In this document: positions 28,565-38,706 of the stretch, piece after piece
Numbering within the stretch: the stretch's first letter is position 1
Layout: each line of letters opens with the position of its first letter
Origin: Akkermansia sp.
GTDB lineage: Bacteria; Verrucomicrobiota; Verrucomicrobiia; Limisphaerales; SIBH01
Direction: 5' to 3'
Length of the DNA: 64,000 bases
NCBI GenBank assembly: GCA_043758205.1
Contig: JAYVNY010000191.1
Location: 21,581-85,580 of the forward strand
Notes under the pieces: model-generated
Seen by the model: only the letters and a program-made list of their open reading frames with translations
Databases searched by the model: none
Told to the model about the DNA's origin: nothing
Program-made: the position numbers and the translations under genes

Positions 28565-28695
28565 CTTCGAGCCGGTAGAACGTTGCGGGCGAGTTCACTG
28601 GATTCGTGAAGCTCTGCACGGGTGCCGACAGTGGCCTTGCCCCGATGTGATGGACAGGTATTGGGTGAGTGTGTGAGCTGGGGAGCACACACATG

Positions 28696-29285
28696 AACAA
28701 CCCAAGCAAACGAAAATACAAACGCTACGGTCATCTTCGAGCGCAAGGCGTACGTCGAAAAAGTGTTTTCGGCGCTCGGCGCTCTCAAGCTGCGCTACTG
28801 GATTCACGAGGGCTTGAAGCTGCACAGCCGGGAAATTCGCCAATAGATCGGGCCATTCACGTTCTTGCATCACCCGGAGAAGCGATCCCGCTTCATTGCG
28901 TGCGTGAGCGGATTGATTACCGCCATCCCCTTCACGCTGATGGTGTCAGCGGTGCGCAAGCAGGAGCATCGTGATCGCTACGGAGCGGAGGCCATGAATC
29001 GTTACGACCTGGCCCTCGAATCCGTGATGGATCGCGTCCATCATTTCCTGCGGCTCGAAAACGAGACGGGCCTTCCTCTCGTCGCGGAAGCGCGCGGGCG
29101 GAACGAGGACAGGGCTTTGGAAAATGTCTTCCTGCGGATTCTCTTCTCGGGTACGCGGACCCTGGGCCGTGAGAAGTTTCAGGATTTGACCTGCCCGCTG
29201 GTGTTTCGTTCCAAGCGCGACAACATCGCGGGCATCCAGGTCGCCGACTTGTGCGCGTATCCGTGCGCGCGGCATGTTCTGGAGT
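28696..29285 (+). pseudogene. DUF3800-like gene remnant (N-terminus missing, in-frame TAG, 3' end cut)
   Basis: The frame reads ...VIFERKAYVEKVFSALGALKLRYWIHEGLKLHSREIRQ*IGPFTFLHHPEKRSRF...SKRDNIAGIQVADLCAYPCARHVL. The TAG is at 28844-28846. Similarity stops at ~29285, where the antisense integrase fragment begins. Confidence 0.5.
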
Positions 29286-29591
29286 GTAGAGGTCGTTCAT
29301 GGCTTGGGAGGAATGGCCGGTCAGCTTCATGCGGATTTCCCCGGCCATGCCGGCATTCGCCAGTGCGGAATTAAAACTGTGCCGGAGGGAATGGAAGGTC
29401 CGCTTGGAGAACAGATGCGTCCCTTTGCCGGCGACGGTCATGGGATCAAGGCCCGCCCTCATGACGATGCGTTTGAAGCCCTCGCTCAGTCCGTGATTGC
29501 CTCCCAGCCCATTGTTCGCAAGGGCAGGGCCGAGGAACCCCTCGGTCCCGAATTGGGAGAGACCCGCGAAGCCCATCGGCACGCTGCTCAA
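29286..29591 (-). pseudogene. Tyrosine recombinase (phage integrase family) C-terminal fragment
   Basis: GLSEGFKRIVMRAGL...RTFHSLRHSFNSALANAGMAGEIRMKLTGHSSQAMNDLYT carries the HxxR, GH and Tyr catalytic-box pattern. The N-terminal ~2/3 is absent, and the sequence after the Tyr is antisense DUF3800. Confidence 0.65.
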
Positions 29592-29900
29592 CGCGAGGGC
29601 GACAGCGCCTGGCCATCAACCCTGCTGCACGGCGCGCTGCGGATGCGCTGATACAGCCAGGCCTTGGCAAAGATCCAAGGCCGTTGCACGCTCTTTTCGG
29701 AAATGTCCAGAGATGCGGCGATTTCGGCGTCTTGCATGCCCATGAAGAATTTCATCTTCACAATTTGCGCTCGCACCGGATCCTCGGCCTGCAATTCCTC
29801 CAGGGCTTCGTTCTCGGCCGGCAGCTTGTCATCCCCCACTTCCACGGCCTGCTCGACGAGGATGTCGGACTGGATTTCCCATTGAGAAGCTTGGAGGAAT
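29588..29900 (-). pseudogene. ECF sigma factor fragment (region 4 only)
   Basis: ENEALEELQAEDPVRAQIVKMKFFMGMQDAEIAASLDISEKSVQRPWIFAKAWLYQRI matches the sigma-4 / TIGR02999-style C-terminus. No credible region 2 lies upstream. Confidence 0.5.
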
Positions 29901-30188
29901 TCACCAATTCTTGGCGTGTAAGAGTAGAATTTGACAAAGCGACCGGGCCTCCGCACCGTCACACCTAAGTTCGGGATTCGGGTCTCACGATAACCGCAGT
30001 CGTGTGTGAACATCGCGCTGCTCAACAACCGGCCAAGTATTTCAAGAAAATCAAGCAAGCGCAGAAGACCCCTGAGAAGAAGCAAGCAGGTTCACTTCTG
30101 GGCGGCAGCGTCGCGGGTGCGCTGCCGCCGTCCCGCTGTCTTCACCTTCAGTGTAATTGGGCGCGACCCTCTGCGTCAGCTTGGTTGA

Positions 30189-30734
30189 ATGAGCATGATT
30201 GAAAAGCATCTGTTGCAACACCTGAACGAGTTCACGGGGTTCGCCCGCAAGCGGCTGGCCGACCCGGAACTCGCCGACGATGCCGTGCAGGAGAGCCTGC
30301 TCAAAGCGTTGAAGGCGTCCGGCACCATGCGCGACACGGAGAACGCGAAGGCGTGGTTCTACCGCATCCTGCGGCGCACCATCATCGACCTGTATCGCCG
30401 CCGCGATGTGCAGAAGCGGGCCGTGGCCCGGATGGAACGCGAACTGGATTCACCGCCGACGCCGGACGAAGAGCGCGTGACGTGCGGCTGTCTTGAGAAG
30501 CTGATTCCGACCTTGAAGCCTGAATACTCAACGCTCGTGCGTCGGCTCGACTTGAATGGCGAGGCGTTGGAACCGGTCGCCGCGAGCCTCGGCATCACGA
30601 CAAACAATTTGAAAGTCCGGCTGCATCGCGCCCGCAGGCAGTTGAAGGAGCGCGTCACTCAAACCTGTCGCGTGTGCGCGAAGCACGGCTGCCTCGATTG
30701 CACCTGCGACACAATTTCCGAACGAAAGGACTGA
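30189..30734 (+). CDS. ECF sigma factor with Cys-rich C-terminal tail (CorE-like, putative metal-responsive)
   Basis: Region 2 DDAVQESLLKAL..WFYRILRRTIIDLYRRR. Region 4 ASLGITTNNLKVRLHRARRQLKE. Linker CGC (VTCGCLEK). Tail TQTCRVCAKHGCLDCTCD. The gene ends 3 nt before the copper ATPase. Confidence 0.85.
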   Translation: MSMIEKHLLQHLNEFTGFARKRLADPELADDAVQESLLKALKASGTMRDTENAKAWFYRILRRTIIDLYRRRDVQKRAVARMERELDSPPTPDEERVTCGCLEKLIPTLKPEYSTLVRRLDLNGEALEPVAASLGITTNNLKVRLHRARRQLKERVTQTCRVCAKHGCLDCTCDTISERKD

Positions 30735-30737
30735 CTT

Positions 30738-33275
30738 ATGGCCAAAGACCCCATCTGCGGAATGACGGTGGACGAGTCTTCACCGCTGCGTGCCGAGCGC
30801 GACGGGCAGACGTTTTACTTTTGCAGCGAGCACTGCCGACAGAAGTTCGTCGGGCAGACGCGGGCTGGGAAAACGATTCCGCTCACTCCGACCGACACAG
30901 GCGGCTGCTGCGGTGGTACGAAAACCAAACCCGTGACAGGCTCCAACGATTGCTGCGGCGGCAAGCAAGAGCCAACGCAGCACGAACCCGCCGCGCACGA
31001 ACATTCACAGCACGGGCCCGCAGCAGTGAAGCCGTCCGCTGCCGCGAAATACTTCTGCCCGATGTGTCCCGGCGTGGAGTCGGACACGCCGGGTGATTGT
31101 CCGAAGTGTGGCATGGCGCTGGAAAGGAATCCGGCGTGGGTTGACCCCGTAGCGGGCAAGGTCATCTACACCTGCCCGATGCACCCCGAAGTGCAACAAG
31201 ACCATCCCGGCGACTGTCCGAAGTGTGGGATGGCCTTGGAACCGAAAACCATTTCGGCGGCACCCGAAGAAGAGAATCCCGAACTCACCGATATGACGCG
31301 CCGGTTCTGGATTGGCGCGGCGCTCACGTTCCCCGTGTTCGTGATCGCGATGGCGCACATGATTCCGGCGCTACGTCATCAAGACTGGTTGATGAGTGAT
31401 GCCTCGCGGTGGATTCAGTTTGTGTTCTCAACTCCGGTTGTGGCGTGGGCGGGCTGGCCGTTTTTCAAACGCGGTTGGCGTTCCATCGTCCACCGCAGCC
31501 TGAACATGTTCACGCTCATCGCCATTGGCGTCGGCACGGCCTACGTGTTCAGCGCCGTGGCGGTGCTGGCCCCCGGTTTGTTCCCGCCATCGTTCGCGCA
31601 TGGCGGCAAGGTCGGCCTCTACTTCGAGGCGGCGGCGGTGATTATCGTGCTCGTGCTGCTCGGCCAGATGCTCGAACTGCGGGCGCGGAGTAAAACCGGC
31701 AACGCTCTTCGCGCACTCTTGAATCTCGCGCCGACGAAAGCGCGGGTCGTTTTCGGCGGCGACGAAATCGACACGCCCTTGGAACAAGTGCGCGTGGGTC
31801 AACAACTTCGCGTGCGCCCCGGCGAAAAGATTCCGGTCGATGGCGTCGTGCTCGATGGAAAAACTTCCATCGACGAGTCGATGATTACTGGTGAACCGAT
31901 TCCAGTGGAGAAAAGTGTCGGCGACAAAGTGACCGGCAGCACGCTCAACACGACGGGCAGCATTCTCGTGCAAGCCGAGCGCGTCGGCAGCGACACCGTG
32001 CTCGCCCGCATCGTGCAGATGGTCGGCGAAGCGCAACGCAGCCGCGCCCCGATTCAGGCGTTGGCCGACAAAGTGGCCGGATGGTTCGTGCCCGCCGTGC
32101 TGGCGATTGCCGTGCTCACGTTCGTCGCCTGGTTCGTGTGGGGGCCGGAGCCTCGACTAGCCTACGCCATCGTCAATGCCGTCGCCGTGCTCATCATCGC
32201 CTGCCCGTGCGCCCTTGGACTGGCCACGCCCATGTCCGTGATGGTCGGCGTCGGGCGCGGCGCTCAGTCCGGTGTGCTGATACGCAATGCCGAGGCCATC
32301 GAGATGATGGAGAAGGTGAACACCGTGGTTGTGGACAAGACCGGCACGCTCACCGAAGGCAAGCCGCGCCTCACGCAAGTTCTCCCGGTCAACGGCGTGC
32401 GCGAAGATGAACTGTTGCTGGCCGCTGCTTCGGTTGAACAGCGCAGTGAACACCCACTGGCGTCTGCGATTGTTCTGGGCGCGAAGGAGCGCGGTGTGAA
32501 GGCGCAGCCCGTCGTTGATTTTCAGTCCATCACTGGCGGCGGAGTAGTCGCCAAGTTGGGCAACAAGGAAATCGCGGTGGGCAAACTCAAATTCTTGCAA
32601 GAGCGCGGCGTGACCGGACTGGAAACCGTCGAGCAGCAAGCGAGCGTGTTTCAAGCCGAAGGACAGACCGCGATGTTCGTCGCCATCAACGGCCAGCCTG
32701 CGGGTGTCATCGTCGTCGCCGACCCCATCAAGAAGTCCACGCCGGAAGCCATCGAACAACTGCACCGGCTCGGTTTGAAAATCATCATGCTCACCGGCGA
32801 CAACGAGCGCACCGCCCGCGCCGTCGCGCAGAAACTCGGCATTGACGAAGTGGAAGCGGGTGTTGAACCGGCGCGAAAGCACGAGCGCATCCAACAACTC
32901 CGGCAGCAGGGCCGCATCGTGGCGATGGCCGGTGATGGCATCAACGACGCGCCAGCACTCGCCGCCGCGCATGTCGGCATCGCAATGGGCACCGGCACTG
33001 ATGTCGCAATGGAGAGCGCGGGCATCACGCTCGTCCAAGGCGACCTGCGGGCCATCGCGAAGGCCATCACGCTCAGTCGTTCGATGATGCGAAACATCCG
33101 GCAGAATCTTTTCTTCGCTTTCATCTACAACGCGCTTGGCATTCCGCTCGCCGCCGGTGCGCTCTACCCGTTCTTCGGCGTGCTGCTCAGTCCCATCATC
33201 GCAGGTGCGGCGATGAGCCTGAGTTCCGTCTCGGTCATCTCGAACGCGCTGCGGCTACGGCGGGTGAATCTGTAG
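30738..33275 (+). CDS. copA: Copper-translocating P1B-type ATPase with YHS/TRASH and two Cys4 metal-binding N-terminal modules
   Basis: DPICGMTVD...[12 protein letters not shown] (YHS/TRASH). [23 protein letters not shown] and [25 protein letters not shown]6 CPC ([12 protein letters not shown]), [17 protein letters not shown]. Confidence 0.95.
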   Translation: MAKDPICGMTVDESSPLRAERDGQTFYFCSEHCRQKFVGQTRAGKTIPLTPTDTGGCCGGTKTKPVTGSNDCCGGKQEPTQHEPAAHEHSQHGPAAVKPSAAAKYFCPMCPGVESDTPGDCPKCGMALERNPAWVDPVAGKVIYTCPMHPEVQQDHPGDCPKCGMALEPKTISAAPEEENPELTDMTRRFWIGAALTFPVFVIAMAHMIPALRHQDWLMSDASRWIQFVFSTPVVAWAGWPFFKRGWRSIVHRSLNMFTLIAIGVGTAYVFSAVAVLAPGLFPPSFAHGGKVGLYFEAAAVIIVLVLLGQMLELRARSKTGNALRALLNLAPTKARVVFGGDEIDTPLEQVRVGQQLRVRPGEKIPVDGVVLDGKTSIDESMITGEPIPVEKSVGDKVTGSTLNTTGSILVQAERVGSDTVLARIVQMVGEAQRSRAPIQALADKVAGWFVPAVLAIAVLTFVAWFVWGPEPRLAYAIVNAVAVLIIACPCALGLATPMSVMVGVGRGAQSGVLIRNAEAIEMMEKVNTVVVDKTGTLTEGKPRLTQVLPVNGVREDELLLAAASVEQRSEHPLASAIVLGAKERGVKAQPVVDFQSITGGGVVAKLGNKEIAVGKLKFLQERGVTGLETVEQQASVFQAEGQTAMFVAINGQPAGVIVVADPIKKSTPEAIEQLHRLGLKIIMLTGDNERTARAVAQKLGIDEVEAGVEPARKHERIQQLRQQGRIVAMAGDGINDAPALAAAHVGIAMGTGTDVAMESAGITLVQGDLRAIAKAITLSRSMMRNIRQNLFFAFIYNALGIPLAAGALYPFFGVLLSPIIAGAAMSLSSVSVISNALRLRRVNL

Positions 33276-33656
33276 GGAGGCTCGACTCCGTGGATAATTT
33301 TGGAACCAAGCGGCGCATTTGGCTGGCTGGCTTGCACAACCGTCTTTTTCAGGCAGCCCGTTGGCCGATGGGTTCAACGACGGCGTTCGTCGGCCAAGGC
33401 GAAGAACTCCGGCACGCACCACACTCCGGTGGTGTGTGCGCGGGAGCGCGATGTGGACGGGGAATGTTCGCGCGCTCCTGTGCGTCGCTTTTCCCCTCGC
33501 CGTTCGTTTTGGTTCACCAAGGTCAGTCCATATTTTCCTTCCCGGCGCAATCTGGTTCACTCCGTCCGTGCTCGGCGATTGAAAAAAGGCCCATCAAAAA
33601 AGATGAACTGATTTACTCCGAACTCGCGCGCCTCCACCCTGACCGCAGACAACTGC

Positions 33657-34679
33657 ATGAAAGCCAATCAAGCGAGCGGGACGAGCAAGCACCGACCCCG
33701 GCGGGGAGATGATTCTGGCGCGGGCGACGCTTGGTGCCAACTGCTGGGCCTAAACGACCAACTCCGCTTCGAACCGCATGACATCGCCGCGCAACTCGAC
33801 GCGCGCGGGCGCTACGATGTACCGCTCGACGAGGAATTTCCGCTGCTCATCAAACTCTTTCGCTACACCTCGCGGCGGCACACGCGCGGCGCGACGTGGC
33901 ACGAGCGGCTCGAGCTGTTTCTGCCGCTGGACGGCCCGGCGCGCTTCCGCATGGGCGAGCAGGAAGTCGAGTTGCAGGCGGGCGAACTGCTCGTGGTGGA
34001 CAATCTCAAGCTGCATCACGTCGTGGATTTTCCGGGCTTCGACACGCGCGTCATCGTCATCAGCTTTCTGCCGGAGTTCGTGTACAGTCTCGGCTCGCCG
34101 TCTCACGACTACGCCTTCCTGCTGCCGTTTTACTCGAAGGTCGAGCGGCGTCCGCATGTCGTGCGGAGCACCGACGCCGCGGCTCCGGAGGTGCATGGGG
34201 CACTGGTGCGATTGTTGCAATGTTACTTCGGCGGCGCGGCCAAACCGTTTTATGAGGCCGGCTCGAAGGCGTTTCTGCTCGAACTGCTCTACCATCTCGC
34301 CGCGCACTTCCGCGCCTCGGCGGTGGTGAAATGGGAATTCATGCGCCAGCAGGAACGGTCGTTGCGGCTCAAGAAACTTTTCGATCACATCAGCGCGCGC
34401 GCGGCGGAAAAACTCTCCGTCGGCGCGGCGGCGCGGCTCGTCGGGATGAGCGCGCCGCAATTCATGAAGACCTTCAAGCAGGTCGCGGGCATGACGCTCG
34501 TCGCGTACCTGAATCACGTCCGCCTCGCCCGCGCCGCGCGCCTGCTGCGCGAGACGAATCGCTCCATCGCCGACATCGCCGACGCGACGGGCTTCTCCGA
34601 CCAGAGCTATTTCGACAAGCGGTTCAAGCGGGCCTTCGGACTGACGCCGAAGACGTTTCGCGCGGAGGCCGTCCGGTAA
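33657..34679 (+). CDS. AraC-family transcriptional regulator (cupin-like N-domain + HTH)
   Basis: C-terminal AraC HTH: LSVGAAARLVGMSAPQFMKTFKQVAGMTLVAYLNHVRLARAARLLRETNRSIADIADATGFSDQSYFDKRFKRAFGLTP. Confidence 0.9.
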   Translation: MKANQASGTSKHRPRRGDDSGAGDAWCQLLGLNDQLRFEPHDIAAQLDARGRYDVPLDEEFPLLIKLFRYTSRRHTRGATWHERLELFLPLDGPARFRMGEQEVELQAGELLVVDNLKLHHVVDFPGFDTRVIVISFLPEFVYSLGSPSHDYAFLLPFYSKVERRPHVVRSTDAAAPEVHGALVRLLQCYFGGAAKPFYEAGSKAFLLELLYHLAAHFRASAVVKWEFMRQQERSLRLKKLFDHISARAAEKLSVGAAARLVGMSAPQFMKTFKQVAGMTLVAYLNHVRLARAARLLRETNRSIADIADATGFSDQSYFDKRFKRAFGLTPKTFRAEAVR

Positions 34680-34746
34680 ATTTCGTCCAACATTTCACGC
34701 GGCCTTGTCCTAGTCGTGCAGTCAGGCTTCAGCCAGTTTCGCCGGC

Positions 34747-36165
34747 ATGAACCCGTTTCGCATCGCCATCGTGCTCGCCTTGGGCTGCCTCATCGCCGCC
34801 GCCGCGCCTCTGCCGCGCCTCAAGGTCTCCGCCAATCGTCGCTTTCTTGTCACCGCCGACGGCCAGCCGTTCTTCTATCTGGGCGACACGACGTGGGAAC
34901 TCTTTCATCGCCTGAATCGTGAGGAGGCGATCCAGCTGTTCGAGAATCGCGCGGCGCGAAAGTTCAACGTGCTCCAGTCCGTCGCCATCGCGGAACTCGA
35001 AGGCCACACCGATCCGAACGCCTACGGCCATCGGCCGTTCGTCGATCTCGACGTGACCAAGCCGGACGTGAAGGACGGCCCGGCCAATGATTACTGGGAC
35101 CATGTGGACTTCATCGTGCGCGAGGCGAACGCGCGCGGACTCTACATCGGCTTCCTGCCGACGTGGGGCCGCTTCTGGCATGACACGAATCAGGGTCGCA
35201 AACCGCTCTTCACCGTCGCCAACGCCGAGACCTACGGCGAGTGGCTCGGCCAACGATACAAGGACGCGGGCCTAATCTGGATTCTCGGCGGCGACCGGGG
35301 CGTGGACAACGACGAGCAGAAAGAAATCATCCGTGCGATGGCGAAGGGCTTGCGCAAGGGCGACGGCGGCAATCATCTGATCACACTTCATCCGAACGGC
35401 GGTTCCGGCTCGTCGAAAACTTTCCACGACGACGCGTGGCTCGACTTCAACATGCGGCAGAACGGTCACGGCACCGAATTCACCGGGCGCTACGATCAGA
35501 CGCGCGCCGATTACGACCGCACGCCCGTCAAGCCGGTCCTTGATGGCGAGCCGATTTACGAAGATCATCCCGTGTCCTTCAATGCGAAGAGCCTCGGTCA
35601 CTCCATCGCCGCCGACGTGCGCCGTCCGCTCTATTGGGATTTGTTCGGCGGCGCCTTCGGCCACACCTACGGGCATCACTCGGTCTGGCAGATGTGGTCG
35701 CCGGGCAAGGGACCGATCAACAACCCGCTTCTGCCGTGGAGCGACGCCATCAACCAACCCGGCGCGGCGCAGATGCAGCATGGCCGCGCGCTCATGGAAT
35801 CGCGCCCGTTCCTCACCCGCATCCCGGACGACTCGGTGCTCGTCACGGACCTCGTGGCGACGAGCGTGCCCGGCACCGGCACGCGGCACTTCGCCGCCAC
35901 GCGCGACGAGTCGGGCAGCTACGCGATGGTCTATGCCCCGGTGGGGCGCGCGTTCAAAGTCCACATGGAGAAGATCACCGGCGCGCAGGTGAAGGCGTGG
36001 TGGTTCAATCCGCGCGACGGCTCGGCGAAACTTCTCGGCGAATTTCCGAACACGGGCGAACGCGAGTTTCTTTCCCCCGACAAGGGCGAGCACCTCGACT
36101 GGGTGCTGGTCCTGGATGACGCAGCGAAGAATTTTCCCGCGCCGGGCAAACTGCTCAAGCCATGA
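34747..36165 (+). CDS. Glycoside hydrolase family 140-like (DUF4038 + collagenase-binding-like C-domain)
   Basis: Signal peptide, then [37 protein letters not shown]...[11 protein letters not shown], which is characteristic of DUF4038/GH140 as I recall it. Confidence 0.8.
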   Translation: MNPFRIAIVLALGCLIAAAAPLPRLKVSANRRFLVTADGQPFFYLGDTTWELFHRLNREEAIQLFENRAARKFNVLQSVAIAELEGHTDPNAYGHRPFVDLDVTKPDVKDGPANDYWDHVDFIVREANARGLYIGFLPTWGRFWHDTNQGRKPLFTVANAETYGEWLGQRYKDAGLIWILGGDRGVDNDEQKEIIRAMAKGLRKGDGGNHLITLHPNGGSGSSKTFHDDAWLDFNMRQNGHGTEFTGRYDQTRADYDRTPVKPVLDGEPIYEDHPVSFNAKSLGHSIAADVRRPLYWDLFGGAFGHTYGHHSVWQMWSPGKGPINNPLLPWSDAINQPGAAQMQHGRALMESRPFLTRIPDDSVLVTDLVATSVPGTGTRHFAATRDESGSYAMVYAPVGRAFKVHMEKITGAQVKAWWFNPRDGSAKLLGEFPNTGEREFLSPDKGEHLDWVLVLDDAAKNFPAPGKLLKP

Positions 36166-36920
36166 GCAAGACCTTCAGAAGCGGCCTCTTGCTGTTCGTC
36201 TCAATGGCGGCGCTGGCGGCGGCGGATGAACCGCTGCCTCGTTACCACGAACTGCGCCTCTACACCGTCGCGTCGAACAAAATGGACGGCGTGCTGGAAC
36301 GCTTCCGGGAAACAGTCGATCCGGTGCGGCAAAAGCACGGCATCCGGACTGTGGGCTACTGGACCGCGCCGGGGACCACGAACGGCGGCACGTTCGCGTA
36401 TCTGATGGCGGCCGCGAGCAAGGAAGAATTGCAGAAGCAGGAGAAGGCGTTCGGTGCCGACGCGCAGTTCAAGGAAGGCTACGCGGCGTCGAATCAGAAG
36501 CACGGCAAGAACGTGGACAAAATTGTGGCGCTGCCGCTCGCCGTGGACGCGACGGCGACGTTTGACTTCGCGGCGTCCGCCAGGCCGCGCGCTTTCGACC
36601 TGCGCGTTTACTCCGTGCTGCCCGGCAAGCTCGACAAGTTCCGCAATCGCTGGCGTGATTTCGCGGTAGCAATCTACGAACGGCACGGCCTGCACAGCGT
36701 CGGTTGGTGGGTGGCGGAGAAGAAGGACGCGGACGGCCACGATCAATTCGTCTGCCTGCTCGCCGGTGACAGCGTCGCGGCGATTCAGAAATCCATCAGC
36801 GAATTTCATCAGGACGCCGAGTGGCAGCGCGTCGAGAAAGACACCGAGCAGAACGGCAAGCTGCGCAGCGGAGTAACGGCGCACAAACTAACTCCTACGG
36901 ACTTCTCCAAGTTGAAATGA
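36162..36920 (+). CDS. Secreted tandem NIPSNAP-domain protein
   Basis: Signal peptide [21 protein letters not shown]. Two halves begin YHELRLYTV and [16 protein letters not shown]. The ATG overlaps the previous stop. Confidence 0.75.
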   Translation: MSKTFRSGLLLFVSMAALAAADEPLPRYHELRLYTVASNKMDGVLERFRETVDPVRQKHGIRTVGYWTAPGTTNGGTFAYLMAAASKEELQKQEKAFGADAQFKEGYAASNQKHGKNVDKIVALPLAVDATATFDFAASARPRAFDLRVYSVLPGKLDKFRNRWRDFAVAIYERHGLHSVGWWVAEKKDADGHDQFVCLLAGDSVAAIQKSISEFHQDAEWQRVEKDTEQNGKLRSGVTAHKLTPTDFSKLK

Positions 36921-37073
36921 AATCCATCCTTGTTGCTCTCACACTCACGTTCGCCGCGGCGCGAGCGCAAGAAGGTGGACGGAAAAGTTCGCATTACGCG
37001 CCAAGGCTCCAATGAACGGATTAGCGGAATGCTCGTCCAACTCGCCACCGATTGACCCAATTGACTCGCAACC

Positions 37074-38252
37074 ATGAACACATCAACTCCAAACTTGAAC
37101 CGTCGGGACTTCACCAAAACCACGCTGCTCGCGGGTGCCGCCCTCGCGTCGGGCGCGCTCAGCACCTTCGCCGCAGACGCGCCGACGAAACGCATCCGCA
37201 CCGGGCTGATTGGCTGTGGCAGTGTTTCAAATCAGTATCTGCCGCAGCTCACCCAGTCGCCGTTCGTGGAAGTCGTGAGCCTGTGCGACATCCGCCACGA
37301 GCGCGCGAAGAAGCAGGGCGAGCGATTCAAAGTGGCGAACACGTACCCGAACATCGACGCGATGCTCGCGGGCGTGCCGTTCGATTTCCTCGTGGACACC
37401 ACGGACATGCAGGAGCACGAGAAAATAAATCGTCGCGCGCTCGAAGCGGGCAAACATGTCTGGAGCGAGAAACCGATTGCGAACTCGCTGGCCGCGGGAC
37501 AGAAGCTCCTCGCGCTGGCGCTCAAGAAGAATCTGCGGCTGTGGGGTGCGCCCATCACGGTGCAGAGTCCGCAGTTCGCGTTCATGGCGAAGCAACTGGC
37601 GGCTGGCAAACTCGGTCGCGTCGCGGCGGCCCACGCGGATTATGGGCACGAGGGACCGAACTGGTCTTCCTTCTTTTACGAGAAGGGCGGCGGCTCGATG
37701 CCGGATCTCGCGGTGTACAATCTGACTTCACTCACCGGGTTGCTCGGCCCTGCGAAGCACGTCAGCGCGATGTTGAGCATCGTCACCCCGGAGCGGGAGA
37801 TTCGCGACAAAGGCAAAATCAAAGTGACCGAGGAAGACAACGCCATGGTGTTGCTCGACCACGGCCACGGCGTCATCTCGCATGTGCAGTCGGGCTTCAA
37901 TTATTTCAACCCGCACGGCCACGACGGCAGCCAGGAGACGCGGCACACGATCAGCATCGTCGGCTCGACCGGCTTCCTGGGAATGGTGGGCTACGACTGG
38001 GCGCCGCTCGGCGTGGACTTCGCGACAAAGGATGCGCCGAAGATGGAGCGGCACGCCACCGACGCACAGGGCTACGTCTGGCAGCAGGGCGCGGTGCTTG
38101 CGGCGGAATGCCTCGTCACTGGCAAGGAACTGCTCGTCACGCCGGAACAGGCGCTGCATGTCCTGGAGATCATCACCGCCGCACGCGAGTCGTCGCTCAC
38201 GGGAAAACGCATTAAACTTAGTTCCACATTCAAGTGGCCCGTGGTCGGTTGA
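37074..38252 (+). CDS. TAT-exported Gfo/Idh/MocA-family oxidoreductase
   Basis: Twin-arginine signal NRRDFTKTTLLAGAALASGA. Rossmann start IRTGLIGCGSVSNQYLPQL and EKPIANSL. Confidence 0.9.
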   Translation: MNTSTPNLNRRDFTKTTLLAGAALASGALSTFAADAPTKRIRTGLIGCGSVSNQYLPQLTQSPFVEVVSLCDIRHERAKKQGERFKVANTYPNIDAMLAGVPFDFLVDTTDMQEHEKINRRALEAGKHVWSEKPIANSLAAGQKLLALALKKNLRLWGAPITVQSPQFAFMAKQLAAGKLGRVAAAHADYGHEGPNWSSFFYEKGGGSMPDLAVYNLTSLTGLLGPAKHVSAMLSIVTPEREIRDKGKIKVTEEDNAMVLLDHGHGVISHVQSGFNYFNPHGHDGSQETRHTISIVGSTGFLGMVGYDWAPLGVDFATKDAPKMERHATDAQGYVWQQGAVLAAECLVTGKELLVTPEQALHVLEIITAARESSLTGKRIKLSSTFKWPVVG

Positions 38253-38350
38253 TTGCTCAACAGAGGCAACGACCAACCGGGGCAAGTTGTAGGTTCATAG
38301 AAGACATCAAGAAGACTCAGATTCGCAGCCGGGATGCAAATACCTCAGAG

Positions 38351-38689
38351 ATGAAATCACCGAAACCATGTCGTCGCGCCTTGGCCAATCGCGAAGCCGT
38401 GTCGTTCACGCCCGCCGCCGGACGGGAACCCGCGTGCGTGGCGGCCGCAGGCGACGACGTCTTCACCGGCGGCTGGAAAGAACGCGGACGCATCGGCGTG
38501 AACCGCCTGAGCGACGACGCGGAAGTGGGTGTGTTCGACCCCGGCGAAACTGTCGGTGGCAACAAGAACACCGGCTGGATGGACGTGATGACCGGCATCA
38601 CCGCGCACTGCCGCAAGAACGGCGAGTATCTGGTGTTCGTCGAGGAAGACTACAAGGCGAAGGTTTTGCTGTATCGATGGAAGCCATGA
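38351..38689 (+). CDS. Hypothetical protein (112 aa), possibly a propeller-blade fragment
   Basis: ATG at 38351 (MKSPKPCRRALANRE...). It ends ...NGEYLVFVEEDYKAKVLLYRWKP. Third-position GC bias is good, but there is no signal peptide and no recognised family. Confidence 0.35.
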   Translation: MKSPKPCRRALANREAVSFTPAAGREPACVAAAGDDVFTGGWKERGRIGVNRLSDDAEVGVFDPGETVGGNKNTGWMDVMTGITAHCRKNGEYLVFVEEDYKAKVLLYRWKP

Positions 38690-38706
38690 GAGTTGAAATG
38701 GCCTTG

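Noticed and set aside
33276-33656. ~380-nt gene-free gap after copA with several short ORFs (33255..33560 minus, 33290..33712 plus)
   Set aside because: The ORF products have non-protein-like composition. I found no convincing hairpin, repeat or RNA motif, so the gap is left unannotated.
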